Part shown: piece by piece, positions 58,546-64,000 of the stretch | Position numbering within the stretch: position 1 is the stretch's first letter | Layout of the letters: each line of letters begins with the position of its first letter | From: Rebecca billardiae RCC1528 | Taxonomy: Eukaryota > Protista > Haptophyta | Length of the DNA: 64,000 nt | NCBI GenBank assembly: GCA_965240325.2 | Contig: OZ251228.1 | Coordinates: 2,542,001-2,606,000, forward strand | Direction of reading: 5' to 3' | The notes under the pieces: model-generated | Told to the model about the DNA's origin: nothing | What the model saw: the letters and a program-made list of their open reading frames with translations, nothing else | The model's database searches: none | Program-made: the position numbers and the translations under genes

Positions 58546-58693
58546 CATCCAGGCCTCGCAGGCGGACGGCTGAACGAATTTTCCCGGCGGCGCTACTGTA
58601 CCATCGGCGACGGCTTCATGGGCGGTGACAGTTGGCGGGCACCACTCTCGCCTGCCTGAGCTGTGTGCGTCTCTTATTCTTAGTTACAAACTG
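58546..58693 (-). mobile_element. End of the CAGTT-TIR element family (homologous to 18207-18390)
   Basis: Reverse complement shares the TIR and the adjacent gccaactgtcaccgcccatgaagccgtcgcc...ttcgttcagccgtccgcctgcgaggcctggatg; ends AACTG|TA. Confidence 0.75.
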
Positions 58694-59305
58694 TATTCGG
58701 TGTGCGTCACGGCCGTGATGACGCAGGATGCTCAGCTATGCCGCGCCGACACACCATCGTCTGCTACTTGTACATTCGGCGCATCTGTCGGGCTGACTTG
58801 TCAGCTGGCTGCCGATCGAGTAACGACGAAGCCCACTCCCCGACCGCGACCGCTCTCCGGAGGAGGACGACGACGCCACCCGTCCCAGAAAGCCTCTGAG
58901 CCCGTCTTCGGCTCAGCGGGCTCAAACACTTCGCAGTAGCGAGGTTTTTGAGGCTCAGTGACTAATGAAATGGACTGGCAACGAATAGCTGCGGGTATTT
59001 TTCAATACCAGGGGCCTTGATGTAGGGGGCTGGGACGGGTGGCGGCGCGCGGCGGCGGCTCGGCGCTCGCTCGCAGCTCGCTCACCGCGCAAATCTGCTG
59101 AGTGAATCTCACTACTTTATGATACAGCAAGACTGTAGTGTGCATGGAGCATACTATACTGTATTATTGTACTACGCCTATGTACTGTATCTCAGAGACA
59201 ACTCACAGACTGCGGACGCCGGTGCAATGACGACATACATGTGTGGCCCGCACCGTGCACGAGCGCGCCGCACCAAGCGTGGCACTCGTAACTCCCGGCC
59301 CCGAC

Positions 59306-60526
59306 TCACAGCTCGGACTTGAGCTCTGCACCACCGCTGCCACCAGCCGCCGCCGCGCCGCCGCGGCCTCCCATCAGGAAGCGAGCGCACTCGTCACCGA
59401 GCCGTGCTCGCGCCGTGGCCTCGTACGCAGCGATGTCATCGGGGCTGAGGGCGCCCTCCCAGCGCCCGTTGACGCCCTTGAAGACGAAGTTCTGGCCTCC
59501 GGGCACGCCGTCGCCCGCGTCGAACTTGTGGTCCACCATCTTGCCCAGCATCTGCGTGCTGTCCTTTTTCATCCGGTCGAAAGTGGTGTTGGCCACCACC
59601 TCCGACACCTGTGCGCCTGTGAGCGCCGCGCCGAGAAACGCGGCGAGCCGCGCGACCTCGCCGTGGGGGTCGCGCTTGAGGTCGGCGTAGTGCACGTGCA
59701 GCACGTTTGGCAGCCTGCGGTACGCCCACCACGTCGCGAGGTTGTGCCAGTACGAAAAGAGCGGCGAATTCTCCGCGACGAGGTCAAGAAATGCCTGCCG
59801 CGGCGTCGTGTCGCCCACCCTGGGCAAGGGCGGGCCAAACCGGCCGGGGAGCTGGTTCAACACGCCTTCGAAGAAGTTGCCTGCTGCACTCCAGTGGTTG
59901 TGCCACGACCAGGCCACGTCGCGCAGGTCGCGCGCCACGTGGATGTACTTCACCTCCGGCGAGTAGGGCAGGCCGTCCAGAGGCAGGTGAGTCTTGAGAA
60001 CGCGCGGCGCCTCGAGCGAGCCCACGAGTGCGGCGGACTCGTCGAACGGGCTCGCGCGATTGTCCACCCAGGGTATGGTGCTCAGGATCCCCGTGCACTC
60101 GCGCCCGCGCGGCGCGTGGAGCACGGCGCACAGGATGGCCTGCGTCCACGTCGTGCCGCTCTTGTACGCAGTCGCCACGACGACGTCGCCCGCGCGCGGC
60201 GTGACTGGGTCCCATAGGTCCGAGTTCTGATGGTGGTTGTGATAGTCGTGCGTGCGTCGCGGCAGGGGTGCGGCGGCCCACGCCTCCACGTCCGCGAGGC
60301 GCGCCGTGGGGTGCTGGCCGGTGGTGAGCACCCTGCCTGTGGACGTCAAGTCACCCTCCTGAGCGGCCGCGATCTCGGCCGCGCGCGCCTCCGAGCTGTG
60401 GAACGCGGCTGCGGCGAGGCTGGAGGGGTCAGTGGGGGCGTGGGCCTCGGCGCCGTCCACCGCCGCCGCGCGAGGGGCACACGCGAGGATGGTGGCGAGG
60501 AGCAGGGGCGCGCGAGCCCGGCCCAT
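59306..60526 (-). CDS. Sulfotransferase (Sulfotransfer_1, aryl/SULT-like) with signal peptide and C-terminal KSEL
   Basis: VVATAYKSGTTWTQ, RVLKTHLP, ARDLRDVAWSW, LHVHYADLKRD, FKGVNGRW; intronless; ATG at 60526. Confidence 0.9.
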   Translation of the reverse strand: MGRARAPLLLATILACAPRAAAVDGAEAHAPTDPSSLAAAAFHSSEARAAEIAAAQEGDLTSTGRVLTTGQHPTARLADVEAWAAAPLPRRTHDYHNHHQNSDLWDPVTPRAGDVVVATAYKSGTTWTQAILCAVLHAPRGRECTGILSTIPWVDNRASPFDESAALVGSLEAPRVLKTHLPLDGLPYSPEVKYIHVARDLRDVAWSWHNHWSAAGNFFEGVLNQLPGRFGPPLPRVGDTTPRQAFLDLVAENSPLFSYWHNLATWWAYRRLPNVLHVHYADLKRDPHGEVARLAAFLGAALTGAQVSEVVANTTFDRMKKDSTQMLGKMVDHKFDAGDGVPGGQNFVFKGVNGRWEGALSPDDIAAYEATARARLGDECARFLMGGRGGAAAAGGSGGAELKSEL

Positions 60527-62496
60527 AAGCACCTGCCGCTTTGCTTTTCTCCCCAGCGGAACCGCGAGCCGAGCGAAGGGACGACCAGTCTCATGCTCGG
60601 AAGTCCCACAGCGGGACTTCTCCGAGCTTACAGGATCGCCAGTGAAAACCTCCCGCGCCCCTCGAGATCATACGGAGTTGGCGGCGAGATCGCGCTCTTG
60701 CGGCGGCGGCGGGCGGGAGCGCGCGCCGGCGCTCGCTCGCGCGCTCGCTGCCCGCAGCGCGCGCGTCAGGTCGTCGTGAGCGCTTGCGCACCGGCGCTAG
60801 GGCGCGTGCCACCTGCGCACGCCGCTGGTTCGCGCCTGCGCGCTCTGCTCCGCCGCTGCGGCGCTTGCGAGCGCTCGCCGTGTCTTGCGCCGGTTCCGGC
60901 CCGCCGCGTCGAAAGCCTGGTTGTGCGGCCAGCCAAGTGTGGCGTTTGCGGCTTGGCGCGCGAGCGCGCGACGCAGCGGATGGCGCGTGTGAACCGTCCA
61001 GCCAGCGTCACTCGCCTCGTGCGCCGCGCGCCGACCGCGCGCCCCAGATTCGACGACGAGCGCTGCTCGGTCACGGTGAGACGGGAGTCGGCGCTCCGCA
61101 TCGCAGAGCCGCGTGTGGTCGCGCAGAAGAGGCCGCGCGTGGCCAGCGCGGCCGCTTTGTGCCGTGGTCTAGGCTTCAATCGCGTCCGCAGTTGCTTGCC
61201 TTGCCCAAGCGGTCACGCCGCACTCACGAGTGGGCGACTTGACCTGACTCTGCGTGCCGGGCCGTATCACTCGTGCCGCCAGCCGTGGGCTCGAACAAAC
61301 CCATCCAGCCATCCTACTCCATTGGTATACGGCTTCAAGAACTCGATGGTTATGGTCTGGTAGCGCGCTGATGACACGTGCACGATCTCCGTGAGCGCAG
61401 CTCTTCCACGCAATGGCTTATGTGGCTACGATCGGTGACGGCGTGACCTCGAGACACCTTCTGGAATCCACCTCACGTGTCACGCGCTGTGTACGGGCAG
61501 AAGATGAGTGACCTCGTGGGCGAGGCATGCGTTCTCACCGACTGCGGACGCGATTGAAGCCTAGACCACGGCACAAAGCGGCCGCGCCGGCCACGCGCGG
61601 CCTCTTCTGCGCGACCACACGCGGCTCTGCGATGCGGAGCGCCGACTCCCGTCTCACCGTGACCGAGCAGCGCTCGTCGTCGAATCTGGGGCGCGCGGTC
61701 GGCGCGCGGCGCACGAGGCGAGTGACGCTGGCTGGACGGCTCACACGCGCCATCCGCTGCGTCGCGCGCTCGCGCGCCAAGCCGCAAACGCCACACTTGG
61801 CTGGCCGCACAACCAGGCTTTCGACGCGGCGGGCCGGGAGCCGGCGCAAGACACGGCGAGCGCTCGCAAGCGCCGCAGCGGCGGAGCAGAGCGCGCAGGC
61901 GCGAACCAGCGGCGTGCGCAGGTGGCACGCGCCCTAGCGCCGGTGCGCAAGCGCTCACGACGACCTGACGCGCGCGCTGCGGGCAGCGAGCGCGCGAGCG
62001 AGCGCCGGCGCGCGCTCCCGCCCGCCGCCCGCCGCAAGAGCGCGATCTCGCCGCCAACTCCGTATGATCTCGAGGGGCGCGGGAGGTCTTCACTGGCGAT
62101 CCTGTAAGCTCGAAGAAGTCCCGCTGTGGGACTTCCGAGCATGAAGTCGTGCCGCTGCGCTGCGCTGGCAACCCGGCAGCCGTTCGCGGACGCGAGTCTC
62201 CCGCTCGAGAAAAAAGGCCGGATTAAAAAAGCGCACGCGTCTGAACTGGTAGTTGTTTGGAGATGGCGACTGGTCGTCCCTTCGGTCGGCTCGCCACAAG
62301 GTGCACACCGCCCTCGCGCCGGCGACGCTCACGCGCGAGGGGAGTGCGCGCGGGGCTAGCGCGGGGCGGGGGGCGGGGCTACTCGACCCCGGCGACGCCT
62401 CCAACCCGCTCGTGGCGCGCGCCCGCCCCCCGCCGCCGCTCGCCAAGCCGCCAAACTTAGGCTCCAACAGGGGCCAAAAAGCGGCAGGTGCTTATG
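60524..62496. repeat. Long inverted repeat/foldback: arms 60591-61192 and 61541-62144 with short outer matches
   Basis: About 600-bp near-identical inverse arms and a 348-bp spacer; 60564-60590 matches 62268-62294 and 60524-60542 matches 62478-62496. Confidence 0.9.
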
Positions 62497-62543
62497 CCGC
62501 CGAGCGCGGCCTCGACTCATTCTATGGCGGGCCGTAGCCCGTA

Positions 62544-63274
62544 GGCTTGCAAACCAAGCCCCCCAAAGGCCTGGCTCAACGGTGACACAGGGGGCATACC
62601 CCCCTGTGTCATCCGGGAGCTTTTTGAATACGATCTGCGCGTGCGCGGGCACTCCCGGACAGCCGCTGCGAAGGAGGCCAGCCTGCGCGCGCCCTCCGCT
62701 CGTCCGCCGCGGCGCGTGCGCGTCGAGGCGCATGACGGGCTTTGCCGTGCACGTCGTGCCCGTGCTCGCGGCTCATGCACGCCTCACGACCGAGATGCAT
62801 GTCTTGCGCGCCCTCCTTTGGCTCGCACTGCGGTCTCCTCGCCGACAGCCTTGTGATCACACGCGCCGCCATTTCAACCGGTTGCTGGCCTGCCAGCTGT
62901 CGAGCGTGTGTGTGCGGTCTGATCGATGTCGGCATGGCTGCCGGCGAAGCAGTGATATTGAGTACACCCATGCCCATCTCGCAGAAGCGAGAAAGCCGAC
63001 CTTTGAATGTCCCAGGGGCGCACGCGTGCCCATCACGCTCGTCGGACAGGCCTTCTCCAGAACTGCGCTTGCCATCCGGCAGGTCTCTGCGCGCGGAGAG
63101 GGCGGCGAGGGCGTCGGCGAGGCGGCACGATTGCTGCCTACGGGTCTTCTGGCCCCCACAAAGTGCCCGCGCACGGCTGTCACGCCCGCATGCGGCCTTG
63201 GGAGCGCTGCGCAGGCGGGCCCTCGCGTCGCCCAGTGCTCGCCATCCCGTTTTGGGGGGCTTGGTTTGCAAGCC
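62544..63274. mobile_element. 731-bp MITE with perfect 24-bp TIRs and 3-bp TSD (GTA), PIF/Harbinger-like
   Basis: GGCTTGCAAACCAAGCCCCCCAAA...TTTGGGGGGCTTGGTTTGCAAGCC with GTA on both sides; empty paralogous site at about 37160-37180. Confidence 0.85.
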
Positions 63275-64000
63275 GTAGGTCCGCCCCTTGTAGTGCCCGG
63301 GAAAAAGATATTATAAGAAAAAGAAAAAGAAAAAAGAAAATCGCCTCGCAAAGAAAAGATAACCGTAAAGAAGAAATGGTCCGCGGCCGTCCGGCCGTGC
63401 TGCGCAAACGATGTCCTCGCCAGCAGCCCTCTGTCCACCGCAGTGCCGTGCGCGAGTGCCGTGGCCATCCGCAAGGTTCCGGCAACTTCTTAAGATCTCT
63501 GGTTCCGGCATAGGATTAGGAGAAAGTCGAGGTCGGGTACGTGAGTGGCCCATGGCCATGCAAGCGGACCAGCCGGCGTCCTCGTGTGGCGCCACCTGTG
63601 CAGCACGACCGTGTTGGGTCGCATCATAGCTTCCCCTTGGCTGTGCTCGTGCTGGCTAACCTGACTGACGCGCATGCATCATTCGGCTCTGACGTCTGCT
63701 GATAGGATACGCGGTAAACTATACTACGAATATTACGAACTCGCCCTGGTGCCGGCCAGGCGCCGCACTGCGGGCGAGCCAACCGCGCCGTGCACTGGCC
63801 GGTTGGCCCACCGAGTGGCCATACGGCGAGACGTCACCAGGCACCTGACGCACGAGTCGCACGTTAACGTGGTGCGCTCCCTCCGCCTCCCTGCCGATTC
63901 ATACTTGATGCCCGGCGTCACACCTGACACCAGCTCACTGCCCCAACGCCCAGATGTGCGAGGTAATGGAGCCAGGGCTGCCGGCCGGAGCCCATCAAGC

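Overview
Very GC-rich eukaryotic nuclear DNA with short spliceosomal introns (mostly GTGCGC donors, one GC donor) and AT-rich intergenic microsatellites. The style fits a haptophyte/Pavlovales-like alga, which is inference only. About 14 supportable genes: two EsV-1-7 cysteine-repeat arrays plus a fragment, a NEK kinase fused to an IFT57-like domain, a coiled-coil protein, a RING/zinc-finger protein divergent from an ankyrin protein, a Cys-rich repeat multi-TM receptor-like protein, a DUF3783-like protein, two sulfotransferases, two tandem DedA/VTT-like membrane paralogs and a membrane-anchored GH81 beta-1,3-glucanase. Most other track ORFs are GC-shadow frames. The most striking unexplained structure is a family of 7 complete and 1 partial non-autonomous mobile elements. 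Each runs A|TGG...TCA|T (one starts TAG), with a short asymmetric inverted repeat and a hairpin at the 3' terminus, and their interiors are swapped between copies. One distant copy (41906-43790) keeps both pairings with different sequence. The second highlight is the EsV-1-7 arrays, homogenised except at a few hypervariable codons, like a programmable finger code. Several TIR/MITE and foldback elements are also present.
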